A DNA stretch of 64,000 nucleotides from Nocardioides sp. (GCF_025965125.1 NZ_JAOPXM010000187.1), one strand, 5' to 3'. Positions 9,776 through 19,531 are shown, counted from the first letter of the stretch. Made by a program: numbers and translations. The notes: a model not told the origin generated them from the sequence alone.

Positions 9776-10440
9776 AGGTCGGGGTCGTCACCTTTCCCGG
9801 CTCCCTCGACGACGTCGACGCCCAGCGCGCGGTACGCATGGGCAGCAACGAGGCCGTTGCCCTGTGGCACGGTGAGCACGACCTCAAGGGGGTCGACGCG
9901 GTCATCCTGCCCGGTGGATTCTCCTACGGCGACTACCTCCGTTGTGGCGCCATCTCGCGGTTCTCCCCGGTCATGACCGAGGTGATCGAGGCGGCCCGCA
10001 AGGGGATGCCCGTCCTCGGCATCTGCAACGGCTTCCAGATCCTCTGCGAGTCCCACCTGCTGCCCGGTGCACTGATCCGCAACGACCACCGCAAGTTCGT
10101 CTGCCGCGACCAACGCCTGCGCATCGAGAACACCCGCACGCCTTGGACATCGGCGTACGACGACGGCGTCGAGGTGACGATCGTGCTCAAGAACGGCGAG
10201 GGCGGTTTCGTCGCCGACGACGAGACCCTGGACCGGCTCGAGGGCGAGGGCCAGGTGCTGGCCCGCTACCTCGACGTCAACCCCAATGGGTCGCTGCGCG
10301 ACATCGCCGGCATCACCAACGCACGGGGCAACGTCGTGGGCTTGATGCCACATCCCGAGCACGCCGTCGAGGACCTGACCGGCGCCGGCACCGACGGCCT
10401 CGGATTCTTCACGTCGCTGGCCGTCGCCGCACTCGCATGA
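9772..10440 (+). CDS. purQ: phosphoribosylformylglycinamidine synthase I (glutaminase subunit)
   Basis: '[11 protein letters not shown]', '[13 protein letters not shown]', 'GICNGFQIL' (nucleophile Cys) and 'MPHPE' (His/Glu of the triad). The start was trimmed to the GTG at 9772. Confidence 0.92.
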   Translation: MKVGVVTFPGSLDDVDAQRAVRMGSNEAVALWHGEHDLKGVDAVILPGGFSYGDYLRCGAISRFSPVMTEVIEAARKGMPVLGICNGFQILCESHLLPGALIRNDHRKFVCRDQRLRIENTRTPWTSAYDDGVEVTIVLKNGEGGFVADDETLDRLEGEGQVLARYLDVNPNGSLRDIAGITNARGNVVGLMPHPEHAVEDLTGAGTDGLGFFTSLAVAALA

Positions 10441-10886
10441 GGTCGCCTCGGTCCCTGTTCCGCATCGTCGCGATCGCCGAGGCCGTCACCTGGGCCCTGC
10501 TGCTGACCGGCATGTTCCTCAAGTACGTCACCCAGACGACCGAGCTGGGCGTCCGGGTGTTCGGGATGGTGCACGGCATCGTGTTCATCGCCTACTGCCT
10601 GAGCGCCGTGCTCGTCGCCGTCGACCAGCGCTGGTCGCGTGCCCGGACGTTGCTGGCCCTGGCCTCGTCGGTGCCGCCGTTTGCCACCCTCGTCCTCGAG
10701 AGGTACGTCGAGCGCCACGAGGCAGCGGGCGTGACCTGGCGGCTGACCGCCGAGGATCCGCGCGGACTGGTCGAGAAGGTCACCGCCTGGCTGCTGCGCA
10801 ACCCGGTCCACGGAGCGCTCGCCGGGCTCGTCGCCGTGGCGGTGCTGACCGGCGTCGCGCTGGTCGTGGGGCCGTCCGCCGGCTGA
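10437..10886 (+). CDS. DUF3817-like integral membrane protein
   Basis: The ATG overlaps the purQ stop (ATGA). Roughly four hydrophobic segments. '[16 protein letters not shown]...[10 protein letters not shown]' is typical of this family as I recall it. Confidence 0.6.
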   Translation: MRSPRSLFRIVAIAEAVTWALLLTGMFLKYVTQTTELGVRVFGMVHGIVFIAYCLSAVLVAVDQRWSRARTLLALASSVPPFATLVLERYVERHEAAGVTWRLTAEDPRGLVEKVTAWLLRNPVHGALAGLVAVAVLTGVALVVGPSAG

Positions 10887-10903
10887 CCCCGGCCCTGGAC
10901 GCC

Positions 10904-11548
10904 TCAGAACGTGTAGCCGAACTCCGCGATCGCGTCGGCGAACAGCGTGCGCACCCGCTCGCGGGACTCCTCGTCGTACAGCTCCTGGTACGGCGCCCGC
11001 GCGGGTCGCGCGCCGCCCTTGGCCCGGGGGAGCTCCGGAGTGCCCGGCATCGAGAGGTGCGACCAGAGCTCGGCGATCTCGTTGTCGAGGGACTCATAGC
11101 GCAGCACGCGGTCGACGGCGATCCGCCCGCGCACCCGGTAGGTCCGCGCGTTCTTGGTTGCCAGCTGCTCGACCACCGGCTCCTTCACGAACTCCGCGAA
11201 GGGCGGGGGAGCCTGGTCGCGAGACCGCCAGTAGTAGAGCGACACCACCGTGTCCCACGGGTTCCGTTCGACCGCGACCTTGTAGTAGTCATCCCAGGTC
11301 TGCTCTCCGACCAGCTTCTGCACCATCCGCGCCGGCATGTGGTTGAACGCCTTGCGGGACAGGGGAGGGGAGTCGAAGTTCTGCGCGGTCCGGCCACCGG
11401 CCTCGCGGCGGAGCTCCTCGTCCGCATCGGCCACCGGAGTGATCACGTCGTCGGGCCCCGCTGCCCTCGACAGCGCGATCTCGACACTGGTCCCGGCGGT
11501 CTTCCGCGTCTTCAGGAAGATGAAGCGGTGGGCGTGCGAGACGATCAC
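10904..11548 (-). CDS. sulfotransferase family protein
   Basis: 'FIFLKTRKTAGTSVE' is a PAPS-binding loop and 'VERNPWDTVVS' is a 3'-PB-like motif. GTG start 4 nt downstream of the stop of the preceding gene. Confidence 0.7.
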   Translation of the reverse strand: MIVSHAHRFIFLKTRKTAGTSVEIALSRAAGPDDVITPVADADEELRREAGGRTAQNFDSPPLSRKAFNHMPARMVQKLVGEQTWDDYYKVAVERNPWDTVVSLYYWRSRDQAPPPFAEFVKEPVVEQLATKNARTYRVRGRIAVDRVLRYESLDNEIAELWSHLSMPGTPELPRAKGGARPARAPYQELYDEESRERVRTLFADAIAEFGYTF

Positions 11549-11552
11549 GCGG

Positions 11553-12983
11553 TCAGCGTATGCCCGCCTTGAGAGCGGCCCACGTCTGCGGTGCCGCGAC
11601 ACCCGACACCTCCACGCCGGCAGCCCGCTGCCAGGCCCGGAGCGCCGCATCGGTGGTGGTCTCGAAGACCCCGCTGGCCGCCAGGTGCACCGTCGGGTCA
11701 GCCGCGTTCAGCGCCCGCTGCAGCCGTCGTACGGCGGGCCCGGCGGAGCCGCGCTTCAGCACCGGGTGGTCACCCGCGACCAGCAGCGACATCCAGTGCC
11801 GGATCGACCACTTGTCCTGGACGCGGAAGCCGTGCTGCTCCTGCCAGGTCCTGGCGGCCGCGATCGTCCTCGGGGAGTACGTCCCGCTGATCGCCCCGGC
11901 GTACAGGCCGTGCTCCTTGAGCAGGCACTGCAGCGCCTTGACCTTGCTCACCGGCGGGACCGAGTCACCGTCGGGCGGGAGCAACCGCTCGTAGGAGAAG
12001 AACGCCAGCTTCGTCGCGTTGCAGTGGTTCTCGGGTGTGGCCACGGAGCCGCGGCCGACGTCCAGGAAGTTGCGGTCGATGTTGATCCTGACCTCGCCCC
12101 ACCTCTCGTCGTGACCGCCCTGGTACTGCTTGACGCGGGCGTGCGGGCGCCAGCCGTCCTCGCGGATGTAGCTCGTGGAGGTGTTGGCGTTGCCGTCCCA
12201 CCGGGCGATCCAGACCTGGTCGGGCAGCGAGAACTCGCCGGGCCGGTTCACGCGGGCGTTGTCCAGGGCCAGGATCCCGGAGCCGGCGCTCGAGTAGACG
12301 CCCGAGACGTAGCCGAGGTCATGCAGGGCGACGGTCCACCCGCTGAGGAAGGACAGGGCCGACTCGCGGCAGCTCGTGTTGTTGTTGTCGTAGCCCTCGA
12401 GGTCGTACCAGAGGGTGCTGCCAGGCACGATGCCCAGGTCCTTGGCGGCCGCGACCGACGTGGCGGCCTCGGCCTTTCCCTGCTGGCGGGCGAGGTAGAA
12501 CCTGCCGTTGGCGCCCGGCTTCGGGTTGATCTTCACGTCGTTGCCGTAGCGCGGGAAGCGCGGTTGGCACGAGGCCTGCGGCCCGAGTGTGATCGGCAGG
12601 ATCCGCCAGCCCTTCCGGAGCTGGGTGCTCACCCACGTCGCGTCCAGGTTGGGTTGGCTGCGACAGGCCCGGGAGGCTCCGGACATGTAGACGCCCACCG
12701 CCAGGAACGGCGAGTGGTGGAGCCAGCGGTTCATCTTCCACTGTTCGGGCGCGAGGCACTGGTCGAAGCCGAAGCCGGTGAAGTTGCCCGGTGTCACGAC
12801 GTTGGCCGTGGTCGTCGATCGCTGCTGCGACGACGGCGTGCCACCGGCCCGGGCCGGGTCCACGGCCGCCGCGAGGACGCCCGCCGCGAGGAGGGCGCTG
12901 AGCACTGCTGCGACGGCGACGCGGGCACGCCGCCGCGGCGGGCGGCGGGCGGCATCGAGCGATTCTGGCAACGGCGAAAACAT
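11553..12983 (-). CDS. secreted DUF1906 (Rv2525c-like glycoside-hydrolase-like) protein with two C-terminal peptidoglycan-binding domains
   Basis: Signal peptide (RRRARVAVAAVLSALLAAGVLAAA). 'GFGFDQCLAPEQWKMNRW...AVGVYMSGASRAC' is DUF1906-like. Two PG_binding_1-like repeats (VKALQCLLKEHGLYAG...; GPAVRRLQRALNA...SGVAAPQTWAAL). Confidence 0.75.
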   Translation of the reverse strand: MFSPLPESLDAARRPPRRRARVAVAAVLSALLAAGVLAAAVDPARAGGTPSSQQRSTTTANVVTPGNFTGFGFDQCLAPEQWKMNRWLHHSPFLAVGVYMSGASRACRSQPNLDATWVSTQLRKGWRILPITLGPQASCQPRFPRYGNDVKINPKPGANGRFYLARQQGKAEAATSVAAAKDLGIVPGSTLWYDLEGYDNNNTSCRESALSFLSGWTVALHDLGYVSGVYSSAGSGILALDNARVNRPGEFSLPDQVWIARWDGNANTSTSYIREDGWRPHARVKQYQGGHDERWGEVRINIDRNFLDVGRGSVATPENHCNATKLAFFSYERLLPPDGDSVPPVSKVKALQCLLKEHGLYAGAISGTYSPRTIAAARTWQEQHGFRVQDKWSIRHWMSLLVAGDHPVLKRGSAGPAVRRLQRALNAADPTVHLAASGVFETTTDAALRAWQRAAGVEVSGVAAPQTWAALKAGIR

Positions 12984-13068
12984 GGCGGAGCTCCAGGGGA
13001 AGGAGGACGGATCCCCGTCCAGGCCGAGTCACCATAACCTCACCAGTAACAGGCGTAACAGGGCTTCG

Positions 13069-13094
13069 CGCGAACTACAAATCTGTAATTCGCG
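13069..13094. promoter_or_regulatory. AT-rich imperfect 26-bp palindrome CGCGAAcTACAaATcTGTAaTTCGCG in a divergent intergenic region
   Basis: Read directly: 22 of 26 positions are self-complementary. It lies 86-111 bp upstream of the minus-strand DUF1906 gene start and about 130 bp upstream of the small plus-strand ORF. Confidence 0.3.
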
Positions 13095-13220
13095 GCTCGA
13101 TCCGATCGTCGGACATCGGCCGTTCTGGGTGACTAGCCGGAAATGACCGTTCGACCGATACCGAGGCACCCGGACCGACGCCACATTGGGAGCAGTCAGT
13201 ACTAGTCCGAAGGAAACGAC

Positions 13221-13406
13221 ATGAGCCACACCTGGAGCCCAGCCCCCGTGCTGGGGCTCGTCGGTCAGGGTTCTGCGTCTCCGACCGTGGGCGGCTCACC
13301 TGTCGTCAGCCCGGACGGTCACTGGTGGTGGGACGGTTCCAAGTGGGACCCGACGCCTGAGTCCGCCGCTGCGGCTCCTGTCGTCGAGTTGTCGCTGGCC
13401 GTTTGA
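13221..13406 (+). CDS. small hypothetical protein (61 aa) with an SPDGHWWWDGSKW motif
   Basis: AGGA lies about 9 nt upstream of the ATG and a strong hairpin follows. The W-rich motif resembles short modules seen at the ends of actinobacterial proteins (recollection). Confidence 0.35.
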   Translation: MSHTWSPAPVLGLVGQGSASPTVGGSPVVSPDGHWWWDGSKWDPTPESAAAAPVVELSLAV

Positions 13407-13410
13407 CCAT

Positions 13411-13455
13411 GGCGTACGACGCGCCCCCTGGAGGGAGTGGGGCGCGTCGTACGTC
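13411..13455. terminator. stem-loop between convergent genes (14-17 bp GC-rich stem, 11-nt loop)
   Basis: GTACGACGCGCCCC (13414-13427) pairs perfectly with GGGGCGCGTCGTAC (13439-13452). No clear U-tract. Confidence 0.5.
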
Positions 13456-13506
13456 TGACTGCGCGCGTTGATTCGGATACCGAGCCCGTGCACCGAACGG
13501 CCTGGG

Positions 13507-14988
13507 TCAGGCCGCCTCCGCCAGCTCGACCGCCGGCTCCGTCGCCGTCGCCCGGCGCGGGCGCAGGCTGACGAACGCCGCGACGAACGCGAGGAATGCC
13601 ATCGTCGCCGAGGTGAGGAACGCCGCGCGGGCTCCGGGCACGAACGCTCCCGGCACCGCACCGGCCGCGTAGACCGACACGATCACCGCGAGGCCGATCG
13701 CCCCACCGAGCTGCTGGGTGGTCTGGAGCAGCCCCGAGGCCGCACCGGCGTGCTCCGGCTCGACACCGGTGAGGACCAGCGACGTGACCGGCATGAACAC
13801 GAGCCCCGCCGAGGCGCCGTTGAGCACCATCGGGCCGAGGACGGCCAGCGCGTAGCTGCTGGTCGTGCCCACGTTGCTGAGCCACGCGAAGCTCGCCGCC
13901 AGCCCGAGGGTGCCGATGATGAGCAGCGGCGCGTGGCCGAACGCACCGACGAGTCGAGGCGTGAACCGCGACATGGTGAAGATGGCGAGCGTCAGCGGCA
14001 GGAACGCGAACCCCGAGGCCAGCGGGCCGAACCCGAGCACCTGCTGGAAGTACTGCACCACCAGGAAGAACATCGAGAACTGCGAGCCGACGACCAGGGT
14101 CATCACCGCGAGCGCCCCGACGCGACGACGGTTGCGGAGCAGTGCCGGCCGCAGCATCGGGTGGGCGACCCGCCGTTCGGTGATCGCCAGGACCACCAGC
14201 AGGACGGCGCCGACGAGGAGTCCGCCGATCGTCCGGGCACCCGTCCAGCCGTGCGCGGGCGCCTCGATCAGTGCCCAGACGATGGAGACCGCGCCCAGGG
14301 TGGCCGCAACCGCGCCGACGAAGTCGAAGCGACCCGGCCGCGGCGCGGTCTCGGAGACGAAGCGCCGGGCCAGGCCGAGCACCGCGATGCCGATCGGCAC
14401 GTTGATGAACAGCGTCCATCGCCAGGAGCCCACGTCGGTCACGAAGCCACCGAGGAGGAGCCCCAGCGACGCGCCACCCGAGGACACCGCGGCGAACAGG
14501 GCGAGGGCCCGGTTGCGCGCGGCCTCGTCGGGTGCGCTGGTGGTGAGGAGCGCGAGCACGCCCGGTGCCGCGAGGGCGGCACCGAGGCCCTGCGCGGCCC
14601 TGGAGACGACCAGCATGCCGGGTGACTGGGCCAGGCCGCCGATCAATGAGGAGACGGTGAAGATCGCCAGTCCGAGCTCGAAGATGCGGAGCCGTCCGTA
14701 GACGTCTCCGAGCCGGCCGCCGAGCAGCAGCAGGCCGCCGAACGCGAGCGCGTAGCCGTTGAGGACCCACGACAGCGAGGCGGGGCCGAAGCCGAGGTCG
14801 GCGTCGATTGAAGGCAGCCCGACGTTCACCACGGTCATGTCGAGCACGAGCATCAGCTGGGCGACGAGCACGATCGCGACGCCCGTGGCGGCGCGGCCGG
14901 CGTTCGGAGGGAGGTCGAGGGGCAGGTTCGGGTCGGGGGTGTCCCGGTTGCTGCTGCCGGTCGAGGTGAGGGTGTTGGACAAAGACAT
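13507..14988 (-). CDS. MFS transporter, DHA2 (EmrB/QacA-like, about 14 TMS) drug:H+ antiporter family
   Basis: 493 aa and highly hydrophobic. MFS motif A-like 'GGRLGDVYGRLRIF'. Divergent from a TetR gene. Confidence 0.85.
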   Translation of the reverse strand: MSLSNTLTSTGSSNRDTPDPNLPLDLPPNAGRAATGVAIVLVAQLMLVLDMTVVNVGLPSIDADLGFGPASLSWVLNGYALAFGGLLLLGGRLGDVYGRLRIFELGLAIFTVSSLIGGLAQSPGMLVVSRAAQGLGAALAAPGVLALLTTSAPDEAARNRALALFAAVSSGGASLGLLLGGFVTDVGSWRWTLFINVPIGIAVLGLARRFVSETAPRPGRFDFVGAVAATLGAVSIVWALIEAPAHGWTGARTIGGLLVGAVLLVVLAITERRVAHPMLRPALLRNRRRVGALAVMTLVVGSQFSMFFLVVQYFQQVLGFGPLASGFAFLPLTLAIFTMSRFTPRLVGAFGHAPLLIIGTLGLAASFAWLSNVGTTSSYALAVLGPMVLNGASAGLVFMPVTSLVLTGVEPEHAGAASGLLQTTQQLGGAIGLAVIVSVYAAGAVPGAFVPGARAAFLTSATMAFLAFVAAFVSLRPRRATATEPAVELAEAA

Positions 14989-15064
14989 CTGGATCAGTCC
15001 TGTTCTGGCCGGTCCGGCCGACGTAGACTATGTGGAGATTGACTCCGGTTACCTTGAGAACGAT

Positions 15065-15081
15065 ACGGAGACGGTCTCCGT
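15065..15081. promoter_or_regulatory. 17-bp palindrome ACGGAGAC-G-GTCTCCGT, candidate TetR operator
   Basis: Perfect 8+1+8 inverted repeat in the MFS/TetR divergent intergenic region. Confidence 0.45.
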
Positions 15082-15129
15082 TTAGCAAGTGCGAATGAAC
15101 TTTTCTTGGATCGAGGAGAGGTGAGGGCG

Positions 15130-15678
15130 ATGCGCGTCGACGCGCAACGCAACTACGACCGGATCGTCGAGGTCGCGCGGGAGGTCTTCCGCGAGCAGGG
15201 CTACGACGCCTCCCTCGACGAGGTCGCCAAGCGGGCCGGCGTCGGACCGGGCACCCTCTACCGGCACTTTCCGACGCGCGACGACCTTCTGGACGCGATG
15301 ATGAAGTCGTGGATGGAGAGGGTCGACGTGACAGCCGAGAAGGTCCTGGCCACCGAGGGGTCGCCGCGCGACCTGCTCGTCGCGTGGCTCTGCGCGTACG
15401 TCGAGCTGATCAGCCTCCACAAGGGTGGCCCGGCGAAGATCACCTCGGCACTCGGCGACGACACCTCGCCGATCCAGAGCAAGTGCCGGGTCCTCACCGC
15501 CGCCACCGACAAGGTGGTGGACCACCTTGCCGAAGCGGGAGCGCTGCGCCCCGGGGTGGACGCGGTGACGATGTGCCGGCTCGTCGGTGGAGTGGCCGTG
15601 GTGGGCGACCAGGGCAACCTCGACGAGACCGCCGTGCTCCCCCTGCTCGAGGTCGTCGCGGACGGCATGCTGCGCTGA
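15130..15678 (+). CDS. TetR/AcrR family transcriptional regulator
   Basis: 'QRNYDRIVEVAREVFREQGYDASLDEVAKRAGVGPGTLYRHFPTRDDL' is a TetR HTH. GGAG lies about 10 nt upstream of the ATG at 15130; the TTG at 15106 is an alternative. Confidence 0.88.
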   Translation: MRVDAQRNYDRIVEVAREVFREQGYDASLDEVAKRAGVGPGTLYRHFPTRDDLLDAMMKSWMERVDVTAEKVLATEGSPRDLLVAWLCAYVELISLHKGGPAKITSALGDDTSPIQSKCRVLTAATDKVVDHLAEAGALRPGVDAVTMCRLVGGVAVVGDQGNLDETAVLPLLEVVADGMLR

Positions 15679-15685
15679 GCCGTCG

Positions 15686-16396
15686 ATGACCGGCCACTTC
15701 CTGGGGCCGCGGCGACAATGGCGACGCGCGGGGGCGGCCTTCGGACTGGTCGCTGTCGCGACCGCGGTTCTCGCCGGCGTCGAGCTGACCCGAGACGACC
15801 CTCAGCCGAGTGGCGCCACGAGCACACCGAGTGCTTCCTCGTCGCAGTCGCCGCCCAGCGCACCACCCACGAGCACGCAGCCCTCCGTGCCGGATCCCAC
15901 AGGTGCCGACCCGGCAGCGCAGTTCCGGTGCTGGACCGGCGCCCGGGTGGCGTCGCTCGACGGCTGTGCCGAACCGAACGGCGCGGCCGGACTCGCGTGG
16001 GTGTTCCCGAGCCTGGACCCCGCCGCTTGCACCAACCAGCTGGCAGCAGCACCGGTCCCGCAGCTGCGCCAGCTCTATGAGTGCAGGGCGAGGGCCGCCG
16101 GACAAGACGTGAACATCACGTACGTCGAGTGGCGCTCCGTCGCTGATGCGCTCAACTACTTCGACGCCAAGAGCCCTCGACGGGTCACGATCCGCGGGCC
16201 GCGCGGTCGACCGCTGCGCTTCAGCTGGGTCTACGTCACGCCCCCAGGGGACTACACCGGGGCCCTGAGCTACACCGATGCCCCCTTCAGTGTGGTGGTG
16301 CGAGCCCCCGATGCCGCCTCCCGGAGCGCAGCCGAACACGACCTGATCCGGCTACGTCGTACCGCCGAGCTGACTGGGGTGCCACTCCGGGGGTGA
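15686..16396 (+). CDS. membrane-anchored hypothetical protein with a Pro/Ser-rich linker
   Basis: The start was trimmed to the ATG at 15686. One N-terminal TM (AAFGLVAVATAVLAGV), then a low-complexity S/P linker and a Cys-containing domain. No recognised family. Confidence 0.5.
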   Translation: MTGHFLGPRRQWRRAGAAFGLVAVATAVLAGVELTRDDPQPSGATSTPSASSSQSPPSAPPTSTQPSVPDPTGADPAAQFRCWTGARVASLDGCAEPNGAAGLAWVFPSLDPAACTNQLAAAPVPQLRQLYECRARAAGQDVNITYVEWRSVADALNYFDAKSPRRVTIRGPRGRPLRFSWVYVTPPGDYTGALSYTDAPFSVVVRAPDAASRSAAEHDLIRLRRTAELTGVPLRG

Positions 16397-16410
16397 CGAG
16401 CCGCCGACGG

Positions 16411-16416
16411 TAGATT
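16411..16416 (+). promoter_or_regulatory. candidate -10 hexamer TAGATT, 6 nt upstream of the purL GTG (leaderless geometry)
   Basis: Read directly. There is no Shine-Dalgarno sequence between the hexamer and the start. Confidence 0.4.
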
Positions 16417-16422
16417 GGACCC

Positions 16423-18687
16423 GTGCCAGTGGCCCCCGTGAAGTCCGCGCTCGACACCGTCTCCGTCGCCTCCGAGGATCCCCACCGCGAACAGCCGTGG
16501 GCGGACCTCGGCCTGAAGGCCGACGAGTACCAACAGATCCGCGAGATCCTCGGCCGTCGCCCCACCAGCTCCGAGCTCGCGATGTACAGCGTGATGTGGA
16601 GCGAGCACTGTTCCTACAAGAGCTCCAAGGTCCACCTCAAGCAGTTCTCCGACATCCCCCAGGAGACGCCGATCGGCAAGATGCTGGCGGGGATCGGCGA
16701 GAACGCCGGCGTGATCGACATCGGCCAGGGCTACGCCGTCACGTTCAAGGTCGAGTCGCACAACCACCCGTCGTACGTCGAGCCCTACCAGGGGGCCGCG
16801 ACCGGCGTGGGCGGCATCGTCCGCGACATCCTCGCGATGGGCGCGCGGCCGGTGGCGGTCATGGACCCGCTTCGCTTCGGCCCGCTCGACGCAGACGACA
16901 CCCACCGCGTGCTGCCGGGGATCGTGGCCGGCGTCGGTGGCTACGGCAACTGCCTCGGCCTGCCGAACATCGGCGGCGAGGCGGTGTTTGACGAGACCTA
17001 CCTGGGCAACCCGCTCGTCAACGCGCTCTGCGTGGGCGTGCTGCGCCACGAGGACCTGCACCTCGCGAAGGCGAGCGGCGCCGGCAACCAGGTGATCCTG
17101 TACGGCGCGAAGACCGGTGGCGACGGCATCGGCGGCGTCTCGGTGCTCGCCTCCGAGACCTTCGATGCGGACGGTCCCGCGAAGCGGCCGAGCGTCCAGG
17201 TCGGCGATCCCTTCATGGAGAAGCTGCTCATCGAGTGCACTCTCGAGATCTTCGCCGCCGGGCTCGTTGCCGGCATCCAGGACCTGGGCGGCGCGGGGCT
17301 GTCCTGCGCAACCTCCGAGCTGGCGAGCGCCGGCGATGGTGGCATGCATGTCGAGCTCGACCGGGTGCCGCTGCGGGACTCGTCGCTCGCGCCGGAGGAA
17401 ATCCTGATGAGCGAGTCGCAGGAGCGGATGATGGCCGTCGTCGAGCCCGACGACGTTGCCGCGTTCCTGGGCATCTGTGCCAAGTGGGACGTCGACGCCA
17501 CCGTGATCGGCGAGGTCACCGAGACAGGTCGCCTGCACATCGACTGGCACGGTGAGCGCGTCGTCGACGTACCCCCTCGATCGGTGGCGCACGACGGGCC
17601 GACGTACAACCGGCCCTTCGCGCGCCCGGACTGGCAGGACGCCCTGCAGGCCGACGACGCGGAGAAGCTGCCGCGCCCGGCCACCGGCGACGACCTGCGG
17701 GAGACGCTGCTGCGGCTCGTGTCGAGCCCCAACCTGTGTGACAAGTCGTGGATCACCGACCAGTACGACCGCTACGTGCGCGGCAACACCGTGCTGGCTC
17801 AGCCGTCCGACAGCGGCATGATCCGCGTCGATGACCGGACCAACCTCGGCGTGGCCGTCTCCACCGACTGCAACGGCCGGTTCGCCAAGCTCGACCCGTA
17901 CACCGGCGCCCAGCTCGCGTTGGCCGAGTCCTACCGCAACGTCGCGACAGGTGGCGCCACCCCGCTCGCCATCTCCGACTGCCTCAACTTCGGCTCGCCC
18001 GAGGACCCGGACGTGATGTGGCAGTTCGCCGAAGCCTGCCGGGGGCTCAAGGACGCGTGCGTCGAGCTCGGTATCCCGGTCACCGGTGGCAACGTCAGCC
18101 TCTACAACCAGACCGGCGACACCGCGATCCTGCCGACGCCGGTGGTCGCGGTTCTCGGCGTGATCCAGGATGTCACCCGGCGTACACCGTCTGCGTGGTC
18201 CGCCGTCGGTGAGCGGGTCTTCCTGCTGGGCGAGAGCCGCGAGGAGCTCAGCGGCTCCGAGTGGGCGCACGTCGTGCACGGCCACCTCGGCGGCCTGCCG
18301 CCCCGGGTCGACCTCGCGGCCGAGAAGTCGCTGGCCGAGCTGCTCAGCGAAGCCGTCGGCCTGGTCACCAGCGCACATGACCTCTCCGACGGCGGCCTGG
18401 CGCAGGCCCTGGTCGAGTCCGCCCTGATGCACGACGTCGGGGTACGGGCCGACCTGTCGGGTGACGCGTTCGTCGCGCTCTTCGCCGAGTCGGCTGGTCG
18501 GGTGCTCGTCACGGTCGCACCCGGTGACGCCGAACGACTCGAGGCTCTTGCCGAGCGGCACGGTGTGCCTCTCGCGGCCATCGGCGAGACCGGCGGCCAT
18601 GCCCTCGAGGTGACCGGAGAGTTCGCGGTCGACCTGTCCATCGTCAGGGACGCCTGGGCCTCCACCCTCCCGAACGCACTGGCCTGA
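16423..18687 (+). CDS. purL: phosphoribosylformylglycinamidine synthase II
   Basis: 754 aa. '[12 protein letters not shown]', 'ESHNHPS' and 'GLPNIGGE' are typical of PurL. Confidence 0.95.
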   Translation: MPVAPVKSALDTVSVASEDPHREQPWADLGLKADEYQQIREILGRRPTSSELAMYSVMWSEHCSYKSSKVHLKQFSDIPQETPIGKMLAGIGENAGVIDIGQGYAVTFKVESHNHPSYVEPYQGAATGVGGIVRDILAMGARPVAVMDPLRFGPLDADDTHRVLPGIVAGVGGYGNCLGLPNIGGEAVFDETYLGNPLVNALCVGVLRHEDLHLAKASGAGNQVILYGAKTGGDGIGGVSVLASETFDADGPAKRPSVQVGDPFMEKLLIECTLEIFAAGLVAGIQDLGGAGLSCATSELASAGDGGMHVELDRVPLRDSSLAPEEILMSESQERMMAVVEPDDVAAFLGICAKWDVDATVIGEVTETGRLHIDWHGERVVDVPPRSVAHDGPTYNRPFARPDWQDALQADDAEKLPRPATGDDLRETLLRLVSSPNLCDKSWITDQYDRYVRGNTVLAQPSDSGMIRVDDRTNLGVAVSTDCNGRFAKLDPYTGAQLALAESYRNVATGGATPLAISDCLNFGSPEDPDVMWQFAEACRGLKDACVELGIPVTGGNVSLYNQTGDTAILPTPVVAVLGVIQDVTRRTPSAWSAVGERVFLLGESREELSGSEWAHVVHGHLGGLPPRVDLAAEKSLAELLSEAVGLVTSAHDLSDGGLAQALVESALMHDVGVRADLSGDAFVALFAESAGRVLVTVAPGDAERLEALAERHGVPLAAIGETGGHALEVTGEFAVDLSIVRDAWASTLPNALA

Positions 18688-18697
18688 TCGCGTCCGT

Positions 18698-19531
18698 GTG
18701 GAGCGCCGGCGGTTCCTCGCGCTGCCCGGCCTCGGTGTGCTCGGGGCCGTGTTCGCGGGCTGTTCGGACTATCCCGAAACCCCCGAGGATTCCCCGGTGA
18801 GGAGGTCGCAGCGACTGGTGTCGTACGGCGACGACCCCAACCAGGTGGCCGAGCTCTACCTGCCGGACGGTACGCCGCGCGGCGTGGTGGTCGTGATCCA
18901 CGGCGGCTTCTGGAAGGCGAAGTACGACCGGTCTCTCGGGCAGCCGCTGTCGGCGTCGCTCGCGGAGGCAGGGTGGGTCGCGTGGAACCTCGAGTACCGT
19001 CGAGTGGGCAATGGAGGCGGGGTGCCCCAGACCCTCGACGACGTTGCCGCGGGGATCGATGCGCTGGCCGAGGTCGGGGACCTGGACACCTCGACCGTGG
19101 TCACCCTCGGGCACTCCGCGGGCGGCCACCTGGCGACCTGGGCGGCCTCGCGAGGGCGCTTCGACCAGTGGCCGGAGCGGGTCCCGGTGACCGCGGTCGT
19201 CTCGCAGGCCGGGGTGCTGGACCTGCACGCGGCGTACGACCTCGGGCTGGGCGGCGGAGCCGTCGAGGCGTTCCTCGGCCATCCCCCGGGCCCCGCGGAC
19301 GACCCGGTCGACCCGATCCGGCAGGCTCCGCTCGACGTGCCCCTCTGGTGCGTGCACGGCCGGTCCGACACGACCGTGCCGATCAGCCAGTCGCGGGCGT
19401 ACGTCGCCGCCGCGACCGCGGCGGGCGGCACGGCGGACCTGCTCGAGGTGGACGGCGACCACTTCGAGCTGATCGACACCGCCTCGCCGGCCTGGGCTCG
19501 CACTCTCGAGATCCTCGACACCCTGCGCTGA
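18698..19531 (+). CDS. alpha/beta hydrolase (esterase/lipase-like), probable lipoprotein
   Basis: N-terminus 'RRRFLALPGLGVLGAVFAGCSD' is a lipobox after a twin-Arg-like signal. 'VVVIHGGFW' is an oxyanion region and 'GHSAGGH' is a nucleophile elbow. Confidence 0.75.
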   Translation: MERRRFLALPGLGVLGAVFAGCSDYPETPEDSPVRRSQRLVSYGDDPNQVAELYLPDGTPRGVVVVIHGGFWKAKYDRSLGQPLSASLAEAGWVAWNLEYRRVGNGGGVPQTLDDVAAGIDALAEVGDLDTSTVVTLGHSAGGHLATWAASRGRFDQWPERVPVTAVVSQAGVLDLHAAYDLGLGGGAVEAFLGHPPGPADDPVDPIRQAPLDVPLWCVHGRSDTTVPISQSRAYVAAATAAGGTADLLEVDGDHFELIDTASPAWARTLEILDTLR

